Under the pieces are notes generated by a model. The model saw only the letters and a list, made by a program, of their open reading frames with translations, ran no database searches and was not told where the DNA came from. Of a stretch of 64,000 nt of DNA, positions 19,716 to 29,889 are shown piece after piece. Within the stretch, counting starts at the first letter, position 1, and every line of letters starts with the position of its first letter. The translations under genes were made by a program, and so were the position numbers. Origin of the DNA: Promethearchaeota archaeon (lineage in GTDB: Archaea; Asgardarchaeota; Lokiarchaeia; Sigyniarchaeales; SOKP01); assembly GCA_029838195.1 (NCBI GenBank), contig JALGVJ010000001.1, positions 96,001 to 160,000 of the forward strand, read 5' to 3'.

Positions 19716-20753
19716 TCACCTTTTTTTTTCATTTTCAAATCTTTCATCATCTTCTTTTATCATTTGGGAGTAGATTCCTTCTAATTGAGAGGTTCTTGGT
19801 CTTGTAAAGGACACTACTGAGAAATCCGATTCAAACTCATTAATTAAAATTTTTAATATTTCAGCCCTGACGTTTTTAGACCCTTCATAATAGATCTTAA
19901 ACACTTGTTCATTCGGCATATATTTTATGGGAATTTTCGAAACTTTAGGATCTAAATCCTTATCTAAATAAGGCTCTAAAGCCACTGTTAGCCGTTTAAT
20001 GATATTTCCAAGAAGTTCTGGTGGTATGGGTTCTAATATTTCACAATCAATTTCTTTTCGTTTAAGGGTCTTTTCTAAATTATCAATAGTATCAAAAGCA
20101 ATTATTTTCCCGCGATTAATGAGAGCTATTTTATTACATACTTCTGAAATCTCATATAATAAGTGAGATGCGACAAAGATGGTTTTTCCTTGATCCTGAA
20201 GGTATCTAATGAGTTGACGGATTTCAATTCGGGCGTTAGGATCGAGACCTGTTTGAGGCTCATCTAAAATTATGAAAGATGGGTCATGAATGATTGCTTG
20301 AGCAATTCCTAATTTTTGTTTCATTCCTTTGGAAAATTTACTAACTTTTTCATGTTTCCATTTGGTTAATTTAAACAAAAACAAGAGTTCATTAATACGC
20401 TCATCGATTTTGTTTCTAGGATAATTTCGAAGTAAAGCAAAATATCTAAGTAAATCATTAGCTGACATGTCATAAAAAGCAGGAATGTCAATTAAGAAAC
20501 CCATCTCGATGAGATTTCGAGCATTCCAATGCAAATCTTGCAACTCGCCTTGCTTATTTTTCAATAAAATTTTTCCTGAAGTAGGACGTAGTAGTTTAGC
20601 AATCATTTTAATCGTGGTAGTCTTGCCTGCACCGTTAGGGCCTACCAGACCAATGACTTCTCCTTCAAGAACCTCCAAATCAATGTTATCAACAGCCCGC
20701 AAGGCACCAAAATTTTTGGTAAGGTTTTCTAATTTTATTACGGGTACCGTCAT
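19716..20753 (-). CDS. ABC transporter ATP-binding protein
   Basis: Walker A GPNGAGKTT, signature FSKGMKQ, Walker B IILDEP, H-loop SHLL. Confidence 0.96.
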   Translation of the reverse strand: MTVPVIKLENLTKNFGALRAVDNIDLEVLEGEVIGLVGPNGAGKTTTIKMIAKLLRPTSGKILLKNKQGELQDLHWNARNLIEMGFLIDIPAFYDMSANDLLRYFALLRNYPRNKIDERINELLFLFKLTKWKHEKVSKFSKGMKQKLGIAQAIIHDPSFIILDEPQTGLDPNARIEIRQLIRYLQDQGKTIFVASHLLYEISEVCNKIALINRGKIIAFDTIDNLEKTLKRKEIDCEILEPIPPELLGNIIKRLTVALEPYLDKDLDPKVSKIPIKYMPNEQVFKIYYEGSKNVRAEILKILINEFESDFSVVSFTRPRTSQLEGIYSQMIKEDDERFENEKKR

Positions 20754-21550
20754 TGTTCTTGTTCATCCAAAATTAAATTCGTTGTTATATCAAGTTGAAG
20801 TTCAGTTCACATTTTTTAAAATCATGGGAGGCCAATTTTTATTATCTCTTATAAAAATCATCATAGAAATAAATCTTTCTTTTCTTGGGATTTCTACTCT
20901 ATGAGTTAAAAAAATATCTGTTAACAAGAAGAATAAAAGTTTCTTCTGATTTAAATATGCCGAAATTAAAGAATGAATGCAATGAAAAAAAAAGATTTCA
21001 AGATCGCATGTAACTTTCCAGAAAATATTAAGAATTAATAGAGAAGGGAATAGTTTCCAACAATGAAATGAAATACTACAATCGCAATTTTTCACGGGCT
21101 CACTTTCATGAAATTAATCCTTGAATTCTCTTGTGTTCTCTTTTAGCGTCCACGTGATGGAGATTTAAATTCAGCCCTTTTTTAAAACACTTTATTGCTC
21201 TTTAAAATTTGAGGTATTATCGTTCTGAACGCCGAGTTGCGTGTCCATTCGGAAATGCTCTTGGCATTAATTTTTTGGCTCATTATTAGCACTCTTATAA
21301 TTTCATTTTTAATTTTTAATAGAAAATAAAAGTTATAAAATTAAGATCTTGAAATGGAAAATTTATCTTTCTCAAGATTGTAATAATTTCTCCCAATTTT
21401 TTATAGTTTTTTAATAAGAGCAAAACAACATGTTCTTAAATAAAATTATACATTAATTGAAATTTCTGAAGGAGGGAAAACATACCTCTTTATTCACGAA
21501 GAACTTTATTAAATTGTGAATACAATAAATAATTAAAGATTAATGAGAAG

Positions 21551-22399
21551 TTGATGGAATTAATGAATTCCCCTCAGAAATTAAATATTCTCGTAATTAT
21601 GGCCCATCACGATGATGCTGCATTTGCGTGTGGCGGGACTTTAGCTAAATGGGCAGAACAAGGGTATGATATTTACATGATAAGTGTCACGAGTAGCGAT
21701 ATTGGAACTTTACGCTCAGATATCCCGAGTGAAGAGTTAAGAGAAATTTGCGAAAAAGAGCTTCTTGCGGCTAATGAAATTATTGGCATAAAAGAGACAA
21801 TTTTTCTCAGATATCCCGATGGGGGCTTCATAGACGGCGCAAAACTTCGAGAGCAATTAATTTTTTATGTGAGAAAGTTAAAAGCCGATAGGATTGTCAC
21901 GTTAGACCCGTGGCAGCCTTATGAAGTCCATCCTGATCACGTGATCGTGGGAAAAATGGCAGCAGAAGCAGGAGCTTTTTCCGCTTTCCCATTATTACAT
22001 CAAAAACACCTTAATAAGGGATTAATCCCTCAAGAATGCTCAGAAGTATGGTTCATGGGAACCCTTGGACATGCTCCAAATTGCTATGTTGATATTTCTT
22101 CCACTCTCGAAAAAAAAGTTTCCCATATTTTACAATTTGAATCGACCTTTACACTTCTTTCTGAGCTATTTGCTCCCGATATTGATCCGAGAAATGTAGG
22201 TTCAATTGAATTAAAGCAACTCAAAAAACTGGCACGTAGACTGCTCAATTCCTTGGCATTGACATTCGGTAAAAAAGTGAATTTAAAAGCAGCGGAAGCC
22301 TTCTATGTTCAAAAAACTCTTCCGGGACATTTTGATAATTTCATTCAAATGACGCAAGAAATGTTAGGAAACACGCCTGAACCTCCTAAAATCTGTTAA
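21551..22399 (+). CDS. PIG-L/LmbE family deacetylase
   Basis: AHHDD..GGT (canonical AHPDD), LRYPDG, HPDH, VDISSTLEKK. Confidence 0.88.
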   Translation: MMELMNSPQKLNILVIMAHHDDAAFACGGTLAKWAEQGYDIYMISVTSSDIGTLRSDIPSEELREICEKELLAANEIIGIKETIFLRYPDGGFIDGAKLREQLIFYVRKLKADRIVTLDPWQPYEVHPDHVIVGKMAAEAGAFSAFPLLHQKHLNKGLIPQECSEVWFMGTLGHAPNCYVDISSTLEKKVSHILQFESTFTLLSELFAPDIDPRNVGSIELKQLKKLARRLLNSLALTFGKKVNLKAAEAFYVQKTLPGHFDNFIQMTQEMLGNTPEPPKIC

Positions 22400-22738
22400 A
22401 GAACTTTTTAAACACGCAACAAATAGCACGTGCTTTTTTGATAACAAGGCATGAATAAAATTAAAAAAAAAGATTGATTATCTATTATTGGAGTGCTTTA
22501 AATTAGGTGCTTGGATCTTTCGCTATTCATTTGCATCTCACCCTTAGAAAAAATGAATCCGCGATTCATCATCAAATACTAAAGCACTCCACTTTTATTC
22601 ATTATATCTCCTCAATATTTGATTCTTCTGCTGATTGCACGCCTCAGCATTCGTTATTCAGCTCTTTTTTCTGTATTCTCATTGTATTGCCATTCTTCGA
22701 ATTTACTAGATTAGAAAATGAGAATCCCCTTGAAAATA

Positions 22739-23263
22739 CTAAGATTCATCGGAGGTCACGTCAATTTTTTTGGGAGGTTTTTTATCAATCTTTATTTTCA
22801 GCAGTCCATTTTTCAAAACGGATTTAATCGATTCAGGATTTGCATCAGCCGGCAAGGGTATATCTACATTAATGGGTCTTTCCCAGAAATCCATGAATCC
22901 TCTGAAAGAGCATGGAATTTTTCCTTGTTCTCTATTTTTCTGCTCCTCCCCTCCATTTTTGGGTAGCTTTGAAGCCGTGATGTTTATATTCCCGTTAATT
23001 AAGGATACTTGGACATCCTCTTTTGTAAAACCTGGCAAGGGCACCTTTATGACATAATATCCTTCAGCTTCTTCAATTTCATGCGGAATCCATCCTTCGA
23101 ACCGTTCCATGCAATCTTTTACGTGAAATATTAAACCTCCAATCATTTTAGGTATTTCTTTTCCAAAAATATGGAAAAAAGGCGGCGGTGGTGGTGGCGA
23201 ATGATGATAAGGCCACTTAAACCCGTACTTTACTCTTGAATGCGAGCCTGGTTCGCAACACAT
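22739..23263 (-). CDS. Hsp20/alpha-crystallin family small heat-shock protein
   Basis: LPGFTKEDVQV, IPLP, LKNGLLKIKI and C-terminal IDV (IXI motif). N-terminal poly-Pro. Confidence 0.9.
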   Translation of the reverse strand: MCCEPGSHSRVKYGFKWPYHHSPPPPPPFFHIFGKEIPKMIGGLIFHVKDCMERFEGWIPHEIEEAEGYYVIKVPLPGFTKEDVQVSLINGNINITASKLPKNGGEEQKNREQGKIPCSFRGFMDFWERPINVDIPLPADANPESIKSVLKNGLLKIKIDKKPPKKIDVTSDES

Positions 23264-23355
23264 TTTGTATTACATCTCTCTTTTTTCTAATTTTTTTTAT
23301 TTATTTTATTTAAATCCTTAATTTTGTTAAATCTATTATTTAATTTTTTTAATTT

Positions 23356-23967
23356 TTAAAAATTCTCAAATTCCTCATCGTCATCTACTATTTCAATATT
23401 TTTTGCATTTTTATGCCGTTCTGCTATTAATAGATCTCTGAGGCGTTCATGTTCTTCAATTTGATTTTCAATATATTCCTCCTGCTTTTTCATTCGTTTT
23501 AAGTGATTTCTAAGTTCTCTTATTCGATTTTCCACTTTTTTGATATTTTCTAACGAACAATCTGAAGCGTCAATCTTATCAAGTCTAAAAGGCGGTTTGG
23601 GGAAAGGGAAAAAGGCAATCATTTGATTGAAAAATTGGTCCTCAGGAACAGACGCCTTGACTATGGTTTTGATGTAATCGCCTAATGTTTGTAAACTAAT
23701 TTCAAGATTATTTTCAAGTATGTTTTTTAATTCTTCCTTTCCCTTAATAGTTATATTAAATAACTTCTTTTGCCGCCCTCCTTCCGTGATCTCTTTACTT
23801 GCGATAAATCCTCTCTCTTCTAACCGGTTTAATAGAGGATAAATCGTACCTGCCGACGCTTTCCAGAGATCCTTGAATTTATTATTGATCTCTTGAATTA
23901 AATCATAGCCCGTGATATCCGAACTAGTTTTTATCATGGAAAGAACTAGCACTTCCAAGCCTGACAT
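23356..23967 (-). CDS. PadR family transcriptional regulator
   Basis: TGYDLIQEI, W.ASAGTIYPLLNRLE, KKLFNITIKGKEEL, plus a C-terminal coiled coil. Confidence 0.92.
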   Translation of the reverse strand: MSGLEVLVLSMIKTSSDITGYDLIQEINNKFKDLWKASAGTIYPLLNRLEERGFIASKEITEGGRQKKLFNITIKGKEELKNILENNLEISLQTLGDYIKTIVKASVPEDQFFNQMIAFFPFPKPPFRLDKIDASDCSLENIKKVENRIRELRNHLKRMKKQEEYIENQIEEHERLRDLLIAERHKNAKNIEIVDDDEEFENF

Positions 23968-24045
23968 TTTTACATTGCGATATCCCGTGAATTTTTTTCC
24001 AAAGAACGTCTTTATTCACCGCTTCTCTTAATTTTTGATGGTGTC

Positions 24046-24137
24046 TATTCGATTCATGATATTTCAATATATCGAAAATCGAATAGCCACGTGATTATAT
24101 AGGAATTATCATATTTAAATATATCGAAAATCGAATA
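24046..24137. promoter_or_regulatory. Candidate PadR operator array: two perfect 20-bp direct repeats plus one degenerate inverted copy
   Basis: AATATATCGAAAATCGAATA at 24066-24085 and 24118-24137; inverted 14/17 match TATTCGATTCATGATAT at 24046-24062; upstream of padR-hsp20. Confidence 0.65.
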
Positions 24138-24303
24138 AAAAAAAATCCATGAGATCAGTCAGAAATCTTTTAACTATATTATAAATGATGTTCTTTCAAA
24201 ACGATACAAAAACTCTTTTGCACTTCATGATGAATTATTTAGAATCGTTAAATAATGGAAAAAAAACTTAAATTTTTTATACATGTATTTTTAAGATTTA
24301 TTT

Positions 24304-25059
24304 ATGGTAGATCCGGTTTTTATTGGAATGGTTTACGAATTGATCATAATCATTATCGGGGCTCTTTTAGTAATCCTCATTCTGAACCGTTATTTCGTAA
24401 AAAGACATGTTTTAACACTTTATTTAGTATTTATTTTTCTTTTCATGCTCATTTCCATTGTTTTCTCATGGCTTTCTAAAATTATCGTGTTGACTACGGA
24501 ACTTGATTACGTATATAATGAACCCATCCCAAATGTAAATCCTGACGTTCCATTCCCGTGGCTCCTTACCCGAATCGTGGATTTTAGAATAAGCATATTT
24601 TTCGTGGCATTAGGCGTTTTCCTTTCTTATATATTAAGAGTAAAGGTATTTGAAAAAGGATATAATTCGCTTGAGCGGGCAATTATTATTATTTTTGGAA
24701 TCTATACCTTATTTTTCACGCTCTTTATCTACGTGAGAGGTAACACCCTCTTAGACGCCATCAATTTTTTCAATATCTTGCTTTACATGTTCATGGTGTA
24801 TTTACCGTTCACGATAAATTCATTAAAAGCCTATAAAGCAGTAGAGGAACCCGGATTTAAAAGAGCTTTTGCCTCTTTAGCTTTCATGTCCGTCTCTTTC
24901 ATATTAGTACTCATTAACGTATTAATCGATAGAATTACCATTCTTTTAGGATCAAGCGGATTTACTGCCTTCTATTTCGCTGCCTGGGCATTTGTAATTA
25001 TTGGATTTACAGGAGCATATCTAGGATACATTCGCCCTTCAAGCCCTAAAAAAAGCTAA
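24304..25059 (+). CDS. Polytopic membrane protein (about 7 TM), hypothetical
   Basis: 251 aa with about seven hydrophobic segments. Confidence 0.75.
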   Translation: MVDPVFIGMVYELIIIIIGALLVILILNRYFVKRHVLTLYLVFIFLFMLISIVFSWLSKIIVLTTELDYVYNEPIPNVNPDVPFPWLLTRIVDFRISIFFVALGVFLSYILRVKVFEKGYNSLERAIIIIFGIYTLFFTLFIYVRGNTLLDAINFFNILLYMFMVYLPFTINSLKAYKAVEEPGFKRAFASLAFMSVSFILVLINVLIDRITILLGSSGFTAFYFAAWAFVIIGFTGAYLGYIRPSSPKKS

Positions 25060-25334
25060 TACACGTGATATGATTCAACAAAAATTAAAAGCATGAAATT
25101 AATCAATTAAATTCATTTATTCTTTTTTTCCAAATTTTATTCCATCTTTACATGAAATAAATCAAAAATAAAGGTTCGTGAGTAAAAATTCAATTCTATT
25201 TTTTAATAATTTTTAATAAACCATGTTTAAACAATTTAAACATCAGTTTTTTGGCAGTTTTTCTAAAAAAATAAATTTTTTTAAGAAAAAATATTATTAA
25301 TATTACAAAAATCATGTAGATATACATAGTCAAT

Positions 25335-25745
25335 ATGATTCAACGCATCTTGATTTGCGACTCGCGTGGTTACCCTTTTTATTCTCGTAAAATTGATAAT
25401 AATTTACCTGAAATAGATAAAATCCTATTAAGTGGATTCATATCTTCGATAGGTACCCTTGGGAGTGAACTATTTAATAAAAAAGTAGCTTCTATCACGT
25501 TTGGAGAAGATTTTGATAAATCTCACGTCTACGTGGTCACTCGGGAATTCTTAAGTGAGAAGAAAACGATTTATTTCGTGTTTTTCATGAAAGGGGAATG
25601 CAATACAAAGCTTGCCAAGGAAATTTCTACGACAATATTTATAGAAAGCAAAAATGAACTCAAGAAAACGGATGCGAATATAAGGATTGATAAAAAAATA
25701 GATACTATTATAGATAATCGATTTAATGGATTAAAAAACTTGTAA
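25335..25745 (+). CDS. Stand-alone longin-like (profilin-fold) domain protein
   Basis: I..I.I.DSRGYPFYSR (beta1-beta2), D.ILLSGFISSI..L..ELF helix, then V.SITF strand; typical Asgard longin pattern. Confidence 0.7.
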   Translation: MIQRILICDSRGYPFYSRKIDNNLPEIDKILLSGFISSIGTLGSELFNKKVASITFGEDFDKSHVYVVTREFLSEKKTIYFVFFMKGECNTKLAKEISTTIFIESKNELKKTDANIRIDKKIDTIIDNRFNGLKNL

Positions 25746-25876
25746 AACATCACAATTCTCTCATTTTTTTATCTTGTTTACAAGATAAAACTTTCTTTTT
25801 CTTAAAAATATTTAATGTTCATTTCATTTAGATTATAAAATAAGATTAAAAAAAAAAGTACAATGGAGTTAAGTTC

Positions 25877-26986
25877 ATGAGCTTAAATATTGGCGTGATA
25901 GGGGCGGGTTCTATTGGAACGGTGCATTTAGGGTGCTTGAAAAAAATCATCGATGAGGGAATCTTTTCTAAATACGGGAAAAAAATTAGAATAAGAGGAG
26001 TTTCAGATATAAATGAAGAAAAATTGAATCTTTTAAAGCAAAAAAATCCCTTTAACATTGATATGTTTACTACAAATCCAGAGGATTTAATTAATGCTCC
26101 TGACATTGATGTTATCTATATTGCAGTTCCTACCAAATTTCATGAAGAATTATATGTCAAGGCAGCGGAACAGGAAAAACATGTTTTCTGCGAAAAACCT
26201 CTTGCCTTTACTACTGGTGAAATCGAAAACATGATTAAAATTGAAAAGAAAAATGGAATATTTACTCAGGTCGGATTAGTTTTACGGCATTGCCCTGTTT
26301 TTCTAAAAATGAAACAAGAACTAAAAGAAAACCAAGAAATTTTAGGAAAGGAGTTGGCATTTATTTTTCGTGATATTCAAGAGTGGCCCGTAGGGTCAAG
26401 AATGCATCCCTCTATTTGGAGAAAAGACCCTGCTCTTGCCCATGCGGGCTGTTTATTTGAACATAGCATACATGACGTGGATTTATTAGAATTCTTATTT
26501 GGGGATTCGAGAAAACTTTCCAAAATACATGCCCTAATTCGATATATCTCTCCGCTTACTAAAGGTAGCTTAGAAGATGTGTCAATCATAGATTTAGAAT
26601 ATTCTGATGGTTTATCAGGAAATTTAACGAGTATTTGGAATCATGCCAGAATAGACGAGAGAAGGGTTGAGATTTATCACGAAAATGGGTACATGATACT
26701 TGATGGGTATACGGGATTTGGATTTAATGATTTTTCCTTTTTAATTAAGAGAAAGAAGCACAAGTTAAATTACGAGAAAATAACTAAAGATTATCTACAT
26801 GATAAAGGCTATACCCTTTCGAGTTTGGGACTAGGTCCCTATTTATATGAAAACATGAGTTTTTTAGAATCTATCCTTTTAGAAAAAAGGCCCTATCCCG
26901 GATTAGATATTGGTCTTCGAGCCCATCAAATCATAGAAGCAGCCTATAACTCATCCAAAATGAAGAATATCATTTCTTTTTCTTAA
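25877..26986 (+). CDS. Gfo/Idh/MocA family oxidoreductase
   Basis: IGVIGAGSIG, KHVFCEKP, GCLFEHSIHDVD. Confidence 0.93.
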   Translation: MSLNIGVIGAGSIGTVHLGCLKKIIDEGIFSKYGKKIRIRGVSDINEEKLNLLKQKNPFNIDMFTTNPEDLINAPDIDVIYIAVPTKFHEELYVKAAEQEKHVFCEKPLAFTTGEIENMIKIEKKNGIFTQVGLVLRHCPVFLKMKQELKENQEILGKELAFIFRDIQEWPVGSRMHPSIWRKDPALAHAGCLFEHSIHDVDLLEFLFGDSRKLSKIHALIRYISPLTKGSLEDVSIIDLEYSDGLSGNLTSIWNHARIDERRVEIYHENGYMILDGYTGFGFNDFSFLIKRKKHKLNYEKITKDYLHDKGYTLSSLGLGPYLYENMSFLESILLEKRPYPGLDIGLRAHQIIEAAYNSSKMKNIISFS

Positions 26987-27073
26987 GCTTTTTTTTTAAA
27001 TAATTTCTTTAAAAAGAGAGGGATCGCGATTCAATGAGGATAGTAAAAATCCCTGCGTTCTTCCTCTATCTTT

Positions 27074-27370
27074 TTATTCTTCGTGGAAAAAGTTAATGGT
27101 CCGATTAACTTTGAATTCTTTATTTTGGATCTTTTTCTTGAGCTGCTTGACACCCTCATCATTTTCTATTAAATCCAACACGCTATTATGAAGGATTAAT
27201 AGATTATCCATCACTAAATCCGAAAAGAAATTTTCTTTGGAGAGAGTGATGTCAATGATATCATGGATGCCTTTTAAGCATTCTTTAATGAGATTATAAT
27301 TTTGTATGGCTTTATCTAAATTATTCGTATTCTTTTCTTCTAAACTGAAAATATCATATATTCTCATCAA
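27074..27370 (-). CDS. Hypothetical helical protein
   Basis: 98-aa ORF filling an intergenic gap; no motif. Confidence 0.6.
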   Translation of the reverse strand: MMRIYDIFSLEEKNTNNLDKAIQNYNLIKECLKGIHDIIDITLSKENFFSDLVMDNLLILHNSVLDLIENDEGVKQLKKKIQNKEFKVNRTINFFHEE

Positions 27371-27533
27371 TTGAATAAAAAAATAAATTTCTATTAAACC
27401 ATGGGATAATAACCTAATTTTGTTGCTTTATAACGAACTTATAGATAATAATTTCGGGAAGTAAAACAATAATTTTTTAAAAGATAGGTTTTAATATACT
27501 TTCGTTCCAAAATAAATAATTCTTGTACATGAA

Positions 27534-28451
27534 TTAATCTAATTCAATGAATTGAATTTCAACTCGTTTTTTGATTCCCATTTTTTTAGCCATGCCCCTA
27601 ACATATCGTCTTGTCAAGGATTTCGATAATTCCATGAACATGACCGTGGGTAAGATGGAAATGGTTATTAAAAAAATTAACGGAAAGAAAATCATGGAAT
27701 TTACTACAATATAAAGGAAATGAGAGGTAGTAATTTCCCGATTAGTAGGTACCAAGATTCTAAAAAAGTTTAGAACCAATAAATAGTAAGAGAAAATAGT
27801 GCTTATACCCGCATAGCCCTTGAGGAAATAATAGTAGTAATTTCCTAGCGTTCTTGCTTCTAATGGCTCATCTTTATTGTTTTCCAAGATTCTACTTTTA
27901 TTGGAATAGACGATCCCGGCATCTAACAAGTACCACACGGGAGTGAATAGCGCCATGGATATTGCAATCATTGGCGTTAACAAAATGAAAAATGTAAATA
28001 AATAGATCGTGATGCTCCTCATTATTGGGTCGGGTATCACGATGAATTGATCAATATTTAATACGAGGGAAATCATGTTTTCATTGGAGGCAAAAAATAG
28101 TGAAAAGTTAATGGCCATTAAAGAAGGAAAAAACCCTCTAAAATATTTATTGAATTTATCAGATGACTTTACTTCTTCGATGCCATATTTCAAATTACGT
28201 CCTATAATCTTTTTATGGAAAAAAATATATAATGGTAAAATAATATGGCTAAGAATGGAAGTTCCAATGAAGGCTGCTAATGGCCAAAATACCACATAAA
28301 TTAAAATCAATTCAATTGCACCCTTTCCAAAAACTAACGGAGAGATATTTCTTCCGGCAAAAGGGGGTAATACGATTAAGAAAAAGAAAATAAAGAAAAT
28401 CTCATAAGCGATAAAGACAATCAGTGGTTTAATAAATTTTGAACGCATCAC
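27534..28451 (-). CDS. Polytopic membrane protein, hypothetical
   Basis: About 6 TM segments; WYLLDAGIVYSN and FLKGYAGIS blocks. Confidence 0.75.
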   Translation of the reverse strand: MMRSKFIKPLIVFIAYEIFFIFFFLIVLPPFAGRNISPLVFGKGAIELILIYVVFWPLAAFIGTSILSHIILPLYIFFHKKIIGRNLKYGIEEVKSSDKFNKYFRGFFPSLMAINFSLFFASNENMISLVLNIDQFIVIPDPIMRSITIYLFTFFILLTPMIAISMALFTPVWYLLDAGIVYSNKSRILENNKDEPLEARTLGNYYYYFLKGYAGISTIFSYYLLVLNFFRILVPTNREITTSHFLYIVVNSMIFFPLIFLITISILPTVMFMELSKSLTRRYVRGMAKKMGIKKRVEIQFIELD

Positions 28452-28555
28452 TTTCTCTCACGTTTATTTTTTTAATACAACATGTTTTTCTATTACATGG
28501 TCTTCATGATTTATAAATTTATGGTAATCATGAGGAGATCATTCCCATCACTCTT

Positions 28556-29386
28556 TTATTTTTCTCCTTTTGAACCAAACTTAATTAGCTGTGTTTCAAA
28601 TAAAAAAGGACTTTTCAATACTAAAAAGAGGAATATAAATTCAATAGAGAAAAAAATAATAATTCTTGTATCATTTGTGGTAAAGACTCGAATGGATTCA
28701 AAAAAAAATAGTAAAGCAAGTGTTATTAAAATGATTGACAAATAAGGATGGAGCAAAATGATGATCGCCAGTAATATAAGATATATAATAACCACGACAG
28801 CATTACTCATCGAAAATTTCAGAATTTCTACGATTTCAATAATTCCAATTAAGAAAATAAGGAGAAAAGGTAAGATCAAGGTTCGAACATCCTTTAATTT
28901 TCTTGTAATCAAAAGATAAATGCTGAAAAATAAAAGAGTGGTATAAAACCAACCCGCAAGGAGATCAGAAGCCGCATAACTAGAAGTTTCGAAAAAAACT
29001 TCCCACCATCCCATGTACATCGCCAAGGTTTCAATGGAAAAGCATATTACTGATGAAAAAATGGAACATGCCATCATTAATCGTAAATAATCTTGATGAG
29101 TTTTAATAAGAATTAATTTTGAACAGAGAGCATGTCCCAAGTAAAATGTAAAAATCCAACCAAAAATAATAGTAAGAGGAACATCAGCCACTCGCAAGGG
29201 CATTTGTCCAAAAGAATAATTTTTAAACCAAGTCCTATAGATTATTTCTCTAATTAATCCGAAAAGAAATCCGAATCCAAAGAAAAGCGTGGTCTCTCTC
29301 ATGCCTTGCTTTTTTAATGAATGAATGATTAAAAAGATAAATGCAATTAATACTGAAAACATGAATACTTGAAAACTATATTCCAT
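28556..29386 (-). CDS. CruF/DUF422-like (carotenoid biosynthesis family) membrane protein
   Basis: GLIRE, Y.F, DVPL.I..GW, MGWW and LAGW motifs in a multi-TM protein. Confidence 0.65.
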   Translation of the reverse strand: MEYSFQVFMFSVLIAFIFLIIHSLKKQGMRETTLFFGFGFLFGLIREIIYRTWFKNYSFGQMPLRVADVPLTIIFGWIFTFYLGHALCSKLILIKTHQDYLRLMMACSIFSSVICFSIETLAMYMGWWEVFFETSSYAASDLLAGWFYTTLLFFSIYLLITRKLKDVRTLILPFLLIFLIGIIEIVEILKFSMSNAVVVIIYLILLAIIILLHPYLSIILITLALLFFFESIRVFTTNDTRIIIFFSIEFIFLFLVLKSPFLFETQLIKFGSKGEK

Positions 29387-29561
29387 TATCCTCTTTCCCC
29401 CATTTTCTCATTTGGTAAAAAAAGTATATTATAAGGAAAATTATTAACGGAATTAACGAAATAACGATCTCAATAGCACGGGTGAGTATAAATGCAAACA
29501 TGAAGACTCCAAAATAAATAATAAGAACAAAATAGATGAAAATATCGGAATTTTCGTTCAT
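29376..29561 (-). CDS. Small 2-TM membrane protein
   Basis: 61 aa, two hydrophobic helices, 11-nt overlap with the downstream gene. Confidence 0.6.
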   Translation of the reverse strand: MNENSDIFIYFVLIIYFGVFMFAFILTRAIEIVISLIPLIIFLIIYFFYQMRKWGKEDNGI

Positions 29562-29889
29562 TCAATTTCCCTTTTAAGAATCATTTGGTATTTAATTATT
29601 ATAAAGTGACGTTTTTTTAATTAATTTTTTTAATCATTTTGCACGTACCAATTTTCAGGCTTTAAAGTATTTTCTTTCAAGAATCCATTTAGAAGAAGAT
29701 CTGGATAAACTTAATATATTCTTAAAATGGTCTTATAACGAATGAAAATTAAAATTTTAAATTAAGAAGACTTAAACTAGAATCTTTTAGCTTTAATTCA
29801 ATTAAGATGAAGTCTATAAATACAATTCCTTTTTTTCATAATAATAAAAAAGGAATGAAATGGTTATGGGATTAAAAATAGTTTATTTC

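Noticed and set aside
20802-21550. 97-aa ORF and other short ORFs in the 800-bp spacer
   Set aside because: Low-complexity AT-rich translations with no motif or SD; no RNA structure recognised.
22507-23057. Plus-strand ORFs overlapping hsp20, and the many similar antisense ORFs in the track
   Set aside because: Shadow frames of well-supported genes on the opposite strand or in another frame.
24046-24137. Mini-CRISPR (20-bp repeats around a 32-bp spacer)
   Set aside because: Repeats are short, only two, accompanied by an inverted copy and located in a regulator promoter; an operator is the simpler explanation.
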